A DNA stretch of 64,000 bases. Origin: Desulfobacterales bacterium. Its GTDB lineage: Bacteria > Desulfobacterota > Desulfobacteria > Desulfobacterales > UBA5852. Positions 20,308 through 29,269 of this stretch are shown here, in pieces (positions within the stretch are counted from its first letter, which is position 1; the number at the start of each line of letters is the position of its first letter). Location of the stretch: NCBI GenBank assembly GCA_963674755.2, contig CAXXVS010000001.1, forward strand, positions 1,184,001 to 1,248,000, read 5' to 3'. The notes beneath the pieces are model-generated. The model made no database searches and was not told where the DNA came from. It worked only from the letters and a program-made list of their open reading frames with translations. A program made the position numbers and the translations under genes.

Positions 20308-20342
20308 AAAAAATGGAAGGGCGGCCGCAAGGCCGCCCTTCC
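20308..20342 (-). terminator. Rho-independent terminator of aor
   Basis: 12-bp stem GGAAGGGCGGCC / GGCCGCCCTTCC with a 4-nt loop, followed on the minus strand by ATTTTTT. Confidence 0.85.
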
Positions 20343-20371
20343 CGCGTCAGAATGCGACTTCCCTCCTGAAG

Positions 20372-22108
20372 TTACCAGTTGAAAAGGGTATCCAATTGTT
20401 CGTCGCTGATGTCGAAGGTCACGTTATGGGGCGCAATAGGCTCGCGGCGCATATAGCGCGGCAGACGGTCGTGTTCTTTCGTAAAGCCCGCCTTCTTGTT
20501 GAAGTCACGCTCCATGCTGAGGATCTTTTTGCCCAGGGCCACCACGTCGTCGCCCGTCAGATTGAGGTCATACATGCCGTTGATGGTCTCGACCATGGCA
20601 TCGAAGGTCTCGCTCTGGTCGAGAATGGCAAAGGCGATAAACAGGCAATAGCCCGTCGCATCCAGGGCCGCGGTGGCAATCTGGAGGTTGCGGGAAAGCT
20701 CGATCTGCCCCTCCGAGCTGAGCGGATCCACATCGCCGCCGACCTTGAGGATGTTGGTGGCAATGGCATAGCCCGCCGTGTGGTCGGCCCCCATGGGGGT
20801 CGTGGCATAGGTGACGCCGATTCCCTTGACGGCGCGCGGGTCGTAGGCCGGCATGGCCTGATTTTTCACCACGGGCGCCCGTTCGACGCCGAAGGCTTTC
20901 GCGGCGAGGGCCGCACCGCCGCCAAGAATGCGTCCCAGGGGGGTGCCCTGGCCGGCTTCTTCCACCAGCCGGAGAGCCCCTTCGGCATCGCCGAAACTGA
21001 TCAGGCCGGCCTCCATGGCGATGCCGATGGTGACCCCCATCTCGATGGTGTCCAGTCCGATATTGTCATCGAGAAAATCCAGACGGGCGATGGCGTCCGG
21101 GTCGCAGATGCCGCAGTTGCCACCGTGGGCCCAGACCGTCTCGTATTCCGGCTGTTTGGTAATGTAGTTGCCGTCCTTATCGACATAGATGCCCGAACAG
21201 CGGATGGCGCAGCCCACATGGCAACCGTGGGTAGGATTGCCGCCGCGCTGGGTCTCCAACTCGGCGATGGTCTCGCCGCTGATCTTGCCGGCATCGTCGT
21301 AGTGGCCCTGCTTGAAATTGTAAGTGGGATAAGCGCCGGCTTCATTAATGACGTTGGTGAGGACATTGGTGCCGTAGGCCGGGAGGCCTTCGCCGGTCAC
21401 AGCATGGCTGCGCAGCCCCTGGGTGAAGGTTTTATTGGCGGCCTTGAATTTTTCGGGATTTTTGGGCTGCCGCATTTTCATGCCGTCATCGTCGATGATG
21501 ATGGCTTTGATGCCCTTGGCGCCCATCACGGCACCGACCCCACCCCGACCGGCATGGCGGGAAGGCCGCATTTCGCGGTCGGTTACGGCCACTGTGGCGG
21601 CGGCCATTTTCATTTCACCGGCCGGACCGATGGACATGACCGCCACCTTATCGCCATAGGCTCCCTTGATCTTTTCGATCAGCTCATAGTTTCTAAGGCC
21701 TTTGTAATCTGCGGCGTCACTGATTTGAACCCCGTTCTTGTTGATCAATACCTTATACCAGGTGTTCGCGGCGGGGGCGCCTTCCAGAATAATGGCGGCA
21801 TAGCCCAGGCGCGCCAGGGTTTGCCCGGCCTGGCCGCCGGAGTTGGCTTCCTTGATGCCGCCCGTCAACGGGCTTTTGCAGCCCACCGAAATGCGCCCGG
21901 AGGTGGAGGCGGCCGAACCCGTCAGCATCCCCGGCGCGATGACCAGCTTGTTTTCCGGTCCCAGGGGGTGGCAGTCGGGCGGTACTTCCTTGCAGACCAC
22001 CATGGAGGTCATGCCCCGGCCCCCCATGCCTTCATAGTCCCCCAGCGGTGTCACAACGGCTTTGGGGCCCCCTTCCGCACCGACATCAATTCTTAGAATC
22101 TTGTCCAT
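20372..22108 (-). CDS. aor: Tungsten-type aldehyde:ferredoxin oxidoreductase
   Basis: 'KSPLTGGIKEANSGG', 'IGPAGE', 'AGRGGVGAVMGAK', 'CHVGCAIRC', 'EYET', 'DNIGLDTI', 'YDPR', 'DRLP'. Confidence 0.93.
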   Translation of the reverse strand: MDKILRIDVGAEGGPKAVVTPLGDYEGMGGRGMTSMVVCKEVPPDCHPLGPENKLVIAPGMLTGSAASTSGRISVGCKSPLTGGIKEANSGGQAGQTLARLGYAAIILEGAPAANTWYKVLINKNGVQISDAADYKGLRNYELIEKIKGAYGDKVAVMSIGPAGEMKMAAATVAVTDREMRPSRHAGRGGVGAVMGAKGIKAIIIDDDGMKMRQPKNPEKFKAANKTFTQGLRSHAVTGEGLPAYGTNVLTNVINEAGAYPTYNFKQGHYDDAGKISGETIAELETQRGGNPTHGCHVGCAIRCSGIYVDKDGNYITKQPEYETVWAHGGNCGICDPDAIARLDFLDDNIGLDTIEMGVTIGIAMEAGLISFGDAEGALRLVEEAGQGTPLGRILGGGAALAAKAFGVERAPVVKNQAMPAYDPRAVKGIGVTYATTPMGADHTAGYAIATNILKVGGDVDPLSSEGQIELSRNLQIATAALDATGYCLFIAFAILDQSETFDAMVETINGMYDLNLTGDDVVALGKKILSMERDFNKKAGFTKEHDRLPRYMRREPIAPHNVTFDISDEQLDTLFNW

Positions 22109-22340
22109 AATCCTGCACCTCCTTGCTTGTATCTTTCATGGATAAAATCATCAGCGTGTTGAACAGGCACCGTAACGCAATCTAGCTTAAATTAAGTCCA
22201 TCGATGTTGCTTTCGGTTTATTTGGGTTCGTTTGAGATATCCTTGGGTTTCAGGCGAATCTGATTCTTACACACAAGGTGTCAAGGTCGCTATGAATAAC
22301 AACTGAGAGCGTCTAAACATGTATATATCTATTTGGAATT

Positions 22341-22369
22341 ACAGTATAAAAACAAAATGGAGATGTCAA
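22341..22369 (-). promoter_or_regulatory. Candidate sigma70 promoter for aor
   Basis: Minus strand TTGACA-N17-TACTGT (an overlapping TATACT at N15) in an AT-rich intergenic region. Confidence 0.45.
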
Positions 22370-22479
22370 TGCAATCTTGCGCATCGAAATTTTGGCGCGA
22401 CCGCCGATGCGCTTTAAAAACAATTGCCGTACGGTACGATATACCGTCGATGTCGGGAAAGAAGCAGATGGAAAATGCG

Positions 22480-23016
22480 TCAGGGTGTTGTGGGAGACGA
22501 GGCGTTGCCGGCCATGAAAACGTGGATTTCGCGGTCTTCGATTCCAGTGATACCCGGGTCGTCCGGGAAGATTTCCGCCAGCCGGCGGCGGGGAACCCAG
22601 ATGCCGCGGGCCAGAAAACCGGGGCCCAGTTCGTCGATGAGCAGATTGAAGAGTTTGAGGGTGATCCGCCCCTTGAAACTGCCGGGGGTCTCGCTCGCGG
22701 GGCGGTAGGTGATACCGCTTCGAAAGGAGGCCAGAACGCCGCCCCGGCGCATGGTGGCCCCGATCAAACCCGGCATGGCGCCCGAAAGGGCCAGGGTCGC
22801 CCCGTCCCGGACGATGGCGGCCGGCAGGTCATCCACCGGCTTGCCGTCCAGGAAGAGCGTGCTGATGCGGTTCATGACATAGTCCCGGTCGATTTGCCAC
22901 TGGCCGCAGAGCAGATCTTCCAGGCTGGTGCCGATCTGGATCGACACCCCGACGCCTTGCTGAAAAAGCGTGCGAAAGGCGGGCAGGGTGCCCGCGGGAG
23001 CATGGAAGTTCGTCAT
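22480..23016 (-). CDS. Hypothetical protein with MoaD/ThiS-like (beta-grasp) segment
   Basis: 'TSLEDLL...TLFLDGKPVDDL..AIVRDGATLALS' resembles the ubiquitin-like sulfur-carrier pattern. Located upstream of aor. Confidence 0.6.
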   Translation of the reverse strand: MTNFHAPAGTLPAFRTLFQQGVGVSIQIGTSLEDLLCGQWQIDRDYVMNRISTLFLDGKPVDDLPAAIVRDGATLALSGAMPGLIGATMRRGGVLASFRSGITYRPASETPGSFKGRITLKLFNLLIDELGPGFLARGIWVPRRRLAEIFPDDPGITGIEDREIHVFMAGNASSPTTP

Positions 23017-23066
23017 GTCAAATGTCTCCGGCAGCGTTGATCATGGCGGCGGTCTATCAGGTAGTC

Positions 23067-24053
23067 TCAGGCATCGTCAACCACAAAAACGCTGGATCCC
23101 TTGGTTTTCCTCGCTTCCAGGTCGCGATGGGCTTCGGCCGCCCTGGATAAGGGATAGGTCTGGCGGACTTCGATTTTCACCGCACCGCTCAGAACGACTT
23201 CGAAAAGATCGGCGGCATGGGTCAGAAGATCCTGGCGCGCGGCCGTGTAGGTCATCAGGCTGGGCCGCGTTAGAAAAAGTGAACCCTTTGCGGCCAGCAG
23301 GGCCGTATCGATGGGGGCCACGGAGCCGGAGGACTGGCCAAAGCTCACCATCATGCCCATGGGTCGCAAACAGTCCAGCGAGGGCAGAAAAGTGGCTTGG
23401 CCGACGGAGTCGTAAACCACATCCACGCCCCGGCGGTCGGTGAGCTCCCCCACGCGGTCCACGAAGTTTTCCCGGTTGTAGAGAATGGTATGGTCGCAAC
23501 CATGGGCCCGTGCCAGCTCCGCCTTTTCGGGACTTCCTACGGTTCCGATGGTACGGGCGCCCAGGGCTTTGGCCCACTGGCAGGCGATCAGCCCCACTCC
23601 GCCGGCCGCGGCATGCAGCAGAATCGTGCTGTCCGGGCCGACCGTCGTGCAGCCCTTCAGCAGATAGCGGGCGGTCATGCCTTGCAGCATCATGGCGGCG
23701 GCCTGGATCGATGGTATGGCGTCGGGGAGTTTGACCAGCCGATGGGCGGGAATCCGCCGCCGGACGGCATAGGCCCCCGGCGGTACGCCGGCGTAGGCCA
23801 CCCGATCACCGACCGCGACCTCGGTCACACCGGATCCCACGGCTTCCACCCGGCCGGCACCCTCCATGCCCGGTATGGCCGGGAAACCTCCGAGCGGATA
23901 GAGCCCGGTACGATGGTAGACGTCGATGAAATTCAATCCCACCGCTTCGTGGCGCACGACGGCCTCCCCCGCCTGGGGCGGTCCGGTGTCATAGGGTTCC
24001 CATTGAAGGACTTCCGGTCCCCCCGTCCGATGCATGACGATGGCATTGCTCAT
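23067..24053 (-). CDS. qor: NADPH:quinone oxidoreductase (zeta-crystallin/Qor)
   Basis: 'GGPEVL', 'GLNFIDVYHRTGLY', 'HAAAGGVG', 'VYDSVG', 'SFGQSSG', 'KGSLFLTRPSL'. GAGGAGG RBS. Confidence 0.92.
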   Translation of the reverse strand: MSNAIVMHRTGGPEVLQWEPYDTGPPQAGEAVVRHEAVGLNFIDVYHRTGLYPLGGFPAIPGMEGAGRVEAVGSGVTEVAVGDRVAYAGVPPGAYAVRRRIPAHRLVKLPDAIPSIQAAAMMLQGMTARYLLKGCTTVGPDSTILLHAAAGGVGLIACQWAKALGARTIGTVGSPEKAELARAHGCDHTILYNRENFVDRVGELTDRRGVDVVYDSVGQATFLPSLDCLRPMGMMVSFGQSSGSVAPIDTALLAAKGSLFLTRPSLMTYTAARQDLLTHAADLFEVVLSGAVKIEVRQTYPLSRAAEAHRDLEARKTKGSSVFVVDDA

Positions 24054-24123
24054 TAGTACCTCCTCACGGCTGGCATGTTGATTTAAAGAACCTTGATACG
24101 GGTAAGGTCGCGGGGTGGGTCTG

Positions 24124-27100
24124 TCAATTGCGCGCCGCGGGTGGAAGCCCGGCCGGGAGGGGGATGACATCGATTTGCGTGGCGTCGAAGGCGCCTTGCG
24201 CCAGGGTCACCAGATGCCGGTGGTGGGTGAAGAAAATGACCTGGGTCCGGGCCGCGAGGTCCATCAGGACTTCGAGGGTGGCCAGGGCCCGTTCGTCGTC
24301 GAAGCGCAGCAGGATATCGTCCACCACGAAGGGCAGCGGCTCGCCGCGGTCGAGATAGCGTTCGAGGCTGGCCAGCCGCAGGGCCAGATAGAGCTGATCG
24401 GCCGTACCGTCGCTCATGCCGTCGATGCCGACCGCTTCTTCGGGTGAGGTCCGGATGCCCACCAAGACCGGATGACCCTTTTCATCATATTCGGCCCGAA
24501 TCCCCAGGAAAGCCTCCCGCGTCATGCGGCGGAACAGCGCGCTGGCGCGTTCGATCAGCGGGCCCTGGTGTTTTTCCCGGTATTGTTCGATGGTACGGGC
24601 CAGGAGAACAGCGGCGATTTTCGTGCGGGCATATTGTTCGACCAGGGATTCGAGGCTGGCCAGCAAGTGTTCGGCTTCCTCGGCATGGTCGGCTGCGTCG
24701 GCCCGTCCGTCCATGCGTCGAAGTTCCGCCCGGGCGGTGCCGATGGTCTGATCCAGGACCGAGCGCTCCTCTTCCAGAACGGCGATGGATTCCTCCAGCC
24801 GTGCCATCTCCGGCGCCAGGCTGTCCGGGTCGACGGCAGCGGCCTCGCGCACGAAGGTCTCCACCGTGGCGCCGGCACTGAGGTGGCGCAGGCGGTCTTC
24901 AGTCTCCCCTTTGGCCTGCAGCAGGGCTTTGCGTTGACGGGCGTGTCTTTCGATGGCGGGAAGTTCGGCCGGTTCGGCGCAGCGGGCGGTGCGGCACAGC
25001 GATGCCATCCGGGCGCGGGCCTCCTCCAGTTGCCGGCGGGCCCGGGCCTGGTCCTCCCGGGCGGATCCCAGTTGTTGCTGCAGTGATGCCAGGCGGGATT
25101 GCTGCGACCGCCCCTCGGTGAGTTTGGCATTGAGAAGGACAGCGGCTTCCTCGGCCGAAGTTTCGCTTAGTTCGGGCGCCAGGCTGCCGACTAGGCGGGC
25201 GACCCGGCGGCGGAAGACATCCGCGTCGCGATCGATGCCCTGGATCCGCTTTTGCAGAACATCGGCTTCGTCCTGGTAGGTCCGGGTCTCGCGGATCGAT
25301 TCGATCGTGGCCAGCGCGGCGGCAGGGCGGGCATCGGCGGGGAGGCCGATGGTGGTGACCACCCGGCCCCACCCGTCCTGCCAGGCTTGCATGTCACGCT
25401 CCAGGGCTTCCTTTTCGGCCCCCGACTTCATGATTTCCCTACGGAGCTGCCGCAGGGTCTGATCAAGGCGCTCGACGCGGAGACCGAGTTCTTCCTGTGA
25501 CGCAACTTCGCGTCGGGCCCGATCGATCAGTTTCGACAACGGCTCTTCGCCGGGCAGATTTACAGGGGCTAAAGCGTCTTGCAGCTTCGATTTCCAGTGG
25601 TCAATCTGGCCGACCAGCGCCTCGTTTTTTAACTGTTCGCCCTGCAGGACGCCGGTTCTGTCCCGGATGGCCGTCATGTCGGCCAGCCAGCCCCGCATTT
25701 CCGCCGGTGAGCGGGGGGCGATACCGGCCGGGGTCCAGAGGATTTGCCATTTTTCGTTCAGCGCGCCATGGGCGGTCCGGGCCGCATCGATGGCCCGGTC
25801 AAGGGTGTGGCGCTTTTCTTCCGTTTGATGCTGGCGTGCCTCCAGCATATTTTTACGGCTGACCTGCTCCGCTTCGCGCCGCAGACGGTCGGCAAGGTGA
25901 TCGGTTTGATCCAGGCTGGATTGAAAAGCATCGGCCAGGGAAGCGTTCTTGCTGAATCGCCCCGTGAAGGCTTGCCGAGCACCTTCATCGTTACCGTGGC
26001 CTTCCAGTTGGCGGCGGATCAGGTGCCATCCGGTATCCCGCAGGCGGCGGGCCTCGGCCAGGTCCGCTTCCGTGGGGACATCGTGGCCGTTGGCGATGAT
26101 GCGCAGTTCGGTCCGTATGCCCGCCAATTCGTCTGTTGTGCGGGCAAGATCCTCACGCAACCGTTCGATGTGCTGCAGCGATGCGTTCATTTGCTCTTCG
26201 AAGCGGTCGATGCTTTCGCGGACCGGCAGGGGGAGGGTCTCGAGAGCCTCCGGCGGACCGGACCACAGGGACTGGCGCTGCAAACGATTGATGAGGGCCG
26301 TATGCTCTTCGGCCCAGGCGCGGCCGGTATCGCTGAGCTGCTTTTCCAGCGGGCCGGCATCCAGGGCATCCTGGAGGATTGCCTTGAGGGCAGTCACATC
26401 CCGGGGCATGGGGCGGCTCTGTTTCTCTTTTTCGATCGCCGCCTTCTCACTTTCCAGTTCGCGGCTTCGCTGCCGGGTTGCTTCGAGGCGGGTTTTCAGG
26501 CGCTCATGGGTCTGAGCCAGGTCCTGAATGTCGCTGATGCCCGCCGGTGTGAGCAATAGGCGGGGATCGTCGGGGGTGAGATCCGCCAAGCCCAACTGCG
26601 CAAGCCGGGTGGCAGCCTGTTGGCTCAAGGTACGCCGGCGGGCTTCCAGGGCCGGTCGGTCCTGCATGGCCTTGCGGAAGCTGCCCAACTCATGCTGCAG
26701 TTCCTCCACTAGGGAGGCCTGCTGCAACAAAGCCTCGGGAACCGCGAGCAGGCTGATTTTTTGCTGCAGATCGCTAATGAGACGGCGGGCACGCTCCACA
26801 TCGTTGCCGGACATGGTCAGCGTATTTTCCGTTGAGCGGCGGCGATCTTCAAAATCGTCTGCCAGATCGGGGATGTCCGCCAGTTCCGGCAAAGCGTCCA
26901 GGATCTCCCTGCGACGCGCGATCAGCGGCAGGGCCTGGTGGATGCGCTCCAACGAGGCCAACGCCTTTTGGTGTTCGACCAGACGTTGGCGGTTGGCCGC
27001 TTGACGTGCCTGGGCATCCTGGAGGGCGTTGTGGTGGGTTTGCCAGGTTTTGGCCAGCAGGAGGGCTTCTTTTTGCTGTTGGCGGGCCTCTTTCAACAAG

Positions 27101-27663
27101 GCGGTTGTGCGGTTGATGCGGGGTTTGCTGCCGCCGGGCTTGAAGAGCGTCTCCAGGGTCTCATCCAGCCGCTGCTGGAGCTGTTGAAGATGGACCAGGC
27201 CGGCCCCGGCCGCAAACAAGGCCTGGCCGACGCGGCCTCCGCCGGCGATAATTTCTTCGCCGCCCTGCACCAGGTCCTGATGGTCGATGGCGAACATCTG
27301 TTCGAAGAGATCGCGATCGGCGTTGCCCAGGAACGATGCCAGGGCATCCTCCGCCAGGGGCGAACGGTCGTCCGGTCCGCGAAGGGTTTTGCGCAGTCCC
27401 TTGCGACGGATGAAGCGCAGGGTTTCACCGTCGCGGCGAACCAGTTCGGCGCCGATGCGCAGCTTGGGATGGGGGTGGCGGAAACTGTCCGGTGTGCGCA
27501 ACGGGATACCAAACAGGAGGTTGCGCAGGGCCCGCAGGGCGGAACTCTTCCCGGCTTCGTTGGGTCCGTATACCAGATGAAAGGCGGCCTGACGGCCGGC
27601 AAAGTCCAGCGTCGTGTCGCTGAAAGGCCCATAGGCGATGAGGTGCATGCGATTGATCCTCAT
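24124..27663 (-). CDS. YhaN-family SMC/SbcC-like ATPase with long coiled coil
   Basis: 'AYGPF', Walker A 'GPNEAGKS', signature 'MSDGTADQLYLALR', Walker B 'FVVDD', 'FTHH'. ATG overlaps the upstream stop (ATGA). Confidence 0.9.
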   Translation of the reverse strand: MRINRMHLIAYGPFSDTTLDFAGRQAAFHLVYGPNEAGKSSALRALRNLLFGIPLRTPDSFRHPHPKLRIGAELVRRDGETLRFIRRKGLRKTLRGPDDRSPLAEDALASFLGNADRDLFEQMFAIDHQDLVQGGEEIIAGGGRVGQALFAAGAGLVHLQQLQQRLDETLETLFKPGGSKPRINRTTALLKEARQQQKEALLLAKTWQTHHNALQDAQARQAANRQRLVEHQKALASLERIHQALPLIARRREILDALPELADIPDLADDFEDRRRSTENTLTMSGNDVERARRLISDLQQKISLLAVPEALLQQASLVEELQHELGSFRKAMQDRPALEARRRTLSQQAATRLAQLGLADLTPDDPRLLLTPAGISDIQDLAQTHERLKTRLEATRQRSRELESEKAAIEKEKQSRPMPRDVTALKAILQDALDAGPLEKQLSDTGRAWAEEHTALINRLQRQSLWSGPPEALETLPLPVRESIDRFEEQMNASLQHIERLREDLARTTDELAGIRTELRIIANGHDVPTEADLAEARRLRDTGWHLIRRQLEGHGNDEGARQAFTGRFSKNASLADAFQSSLDQTDHLADRLRREAEQVSRKNMLEARQHQTEEKRHTLDRAIDAARTAHGALNEKWQILWTPAGIAPRSPAEMRGWLADMTAIRDRTGVLQGEQLKNEALVGQIDHWKSKLQDALAPVNLPGEEPLSKLIDRARREVASQEELGLRVERLDQTLRQLRREIMKSGAEKEALERDMQAWQDGWGRVVTTIGLPADARPAAALATIESIRETRTYQDEADVLQKRIQGIDRDADVFRRRVARLVGSLAPELSETSAEEAAVLLNAKLTEGRSQQSRLASLQQQLGSAREDQARARRQLEEARARMASLCRTARCAEPAELPAIERHARQRKALLQAKGETEDRLRHLSAGATVETFVREAAAVDPDSLAPEMARLEESIAVLEEERSVLDQTIGTARAELRRMDGRADAADHAEEAEHLLASLESLVEQYARTKIAAVLLARTIEQYREKHQGPLIERASALFRRMTREAFLGIRAEYDEKGHPVLVGIRTSPEEAVGIDGMSDGTADQLYLALRLASLERYLDRGEPLPFVVDDILLRFDDERALATLEVLMDLAARTQVIFFTHHRHLVTLAQGAFDATQIDVIPLPAGLPPAARN

Positions 27664-28925
27664 GCCTCGCCGGCCTCCTGTTTGACGTGTTGGACCAGCA
27701 AGGCCTGGGCCTGAGCCATAAGAAGGCGGAGCTGGTCGGGGTCGTTCGGATCCATCGCGCGTGGTCCCCGCCGGTATTCCGCGGGCAACTTGCGGTACAG
27801 GCTTTGCAATACTTCGCCCAGCGCGCGCAGCGTATTTTCGTCGGATTGGAGCAGCGCCATGACCTGGTCGAGTTCCTGCAAAGGGCCTGGCGCGGCGGGG
27901 GCGGGTCCGGCCATGGCCGGAAGGCGGGTGTCGAGGAGCACCCGTTCGACCCAGATATGCTCCCCAAAATGGGCCAGGGCCGCCGCGCGGACCGCTTCCT
28001 TCCAATCGTCCGGATTCCCGGCGAGGGTGTTGTGAAGTGGTGTCGGGCCTGCAAAGGCAACCCGGACAATGAGGGGCAACGGATCGTTGGCCTGCACGGC
28101 TTCGCCCAGAACGGCGGCAAACCGTTCGAGGGCGGCCTGACGGGTGTCGGTATTCGTGAGATCGACGTCCAGGGAGGCCCATCGAATGACATCGAGGGGG
28201 TGATGGGCGATGTCGGGCGCGGAATTGCCCGATACCGATACCAGCACGGCGCCCTTGATGCCGTTTTCACGGATATGGCGGCCCTGGATGCAGCCGGGAA
28301 AGACCACCGGCGGATTCGTGGCCACGATTTCGAAGGCATGTACATGCCCCAGGGCCCAGTAGTCGTAGCCGCGGGCTTCGAGGTCGGCCAGTGTGCAGGG
28401 GGCGTAAGACGCATGCCCGGGCCGGCCGTTGAGGCTGGTGTGCAGCAGGCCGATGTTGAAATACCCGGGTATGGGTTCCGGATAGCCGAGGACGAGGTTG
28501 TCCGTGACGGCCGGCCGTGCAAAGCTCTGACCGTGCAGGGCGACCTTATGGGTTTCAATAAGCCGGGTTTCGGGGGCGCGGTGGGCAAAACGATGGACAT
28601 TGTCGGGATAGGGCAGCCGGCGGGTGATCTGACTGGCGGCATCGTGATTGCCGGATACGATGTAGACGCCGATGCCGGAGGCTTTCAGGCGATGCATCTG
28701 GGCGATGAAATAGAGGCCGGTATGATAGTCTTGCCAGTCACCGTCGAACAGGTCCCCGGCAATGATGATAAAGTCCACGGCTTCCGTCAGGGCCAGATCC
28801 ACCAGGTTTTCCATGGCCCGCCGGGTGGCCTGCCGGATTTCCTGGCGCGGGGCGCCCTCGTAAGTCTCCAAGCGGTGCAGGGGACTGTCCAGATGGATAT
28901 CGGCCGTGTGGATGAATTTGAACAT
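27660..28925 (-). CDS. YhaO/SbcD-like DNA repair metallophosphoesterase (exonuclease)
   Basis: 'HTADIHLD', 'AGDLFD', 'GNHD', 'LHTS', 'ALGHVH', 'PGCIQGRH'. Confidence 0.92.
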   Translation of the reverse strand: MFKFIHTADIHLDSPLHRLETYEGAPRQEIRQATRRAMENLVDLALTEAVDFIIIAGDLFDGDWQDYHTGLYFIAQMHRLKASGIGVYIVSGNHDAASQITRRLPYPDNVHRFAHRAPETRLIETHKVALHGQSFARPAVTDNLVLGYPEPIPGYFNIGLLHTSLNGRPGHASYAPCTLADLEARGYDYWALGHVHAFEIVATNPPVVFPGCIQGRHIRENGIKGAVLVSVSGNSAPDIAHHPLDVIRWASLDVDLTNTDTRQAALERFAAVLGEAVQANDPLPLIVRVAFAGPTPLHNTLAGNPDDWKEAVRAAALAHFGEHIWVERVLLDTRLPAMAGPAPAAPGPLQELDQVMALLQSDENTLRALGEVLQSLYRKLPAEYRRGPRAMDPNDPDQLRLLMAQAQALLVQHVKQEAGEA

Positions 28926-29269
28926 GCCCTGATGAATCGCCTTTCGTCGCCAAAGGACCGTCAAGATGACGTGCAGATGTGGATAACGGAGCTGGATGGC
29001 CGGGTCAAGTCTAACCTGACCGCTCCGGCGCGGTTGGCGGATCGCAGGTATGCTCAAATCGTTTGCCGAATGGTCTTCTGAGGCCTTGAAAATTGATCCG
29101 GGATACGGTAGATTGATCACCCTTTGGCTTAGCATTCCCCCATATTTTCTTGTCACAGGACCGCAGGCGTCCGGCGGCGTCCGCTGCCAAGGCGACGCCA
29201 GGGGCACGCATTGATGATCGGTCGGCGACGGCTGCCAGATCGCCGGCGATTTCAGAACAGGAGGCGCGT

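Noticed and set aside
20087..22096. 669-aa plus-strand ORF
   Set aside because: Antisense shadow of aor. Such ORFs are expected in high-GC DNA with strong codon bias, and it has no recognisable motifs.
27664..28182. N-terminal extension of the 1352-aa YhaN ORF
   Set aside because: It overlaps the yhaO-like gene in another frame. The ATG at 27663 overlaps the upstream stop and precedes the family N-terminal motif.
24124..28925. YhaN/YhaO pair as a novel anti-phage system
   Set aside because: A widespread SbcCD-like pair with no accessory effector or defence-island context here.
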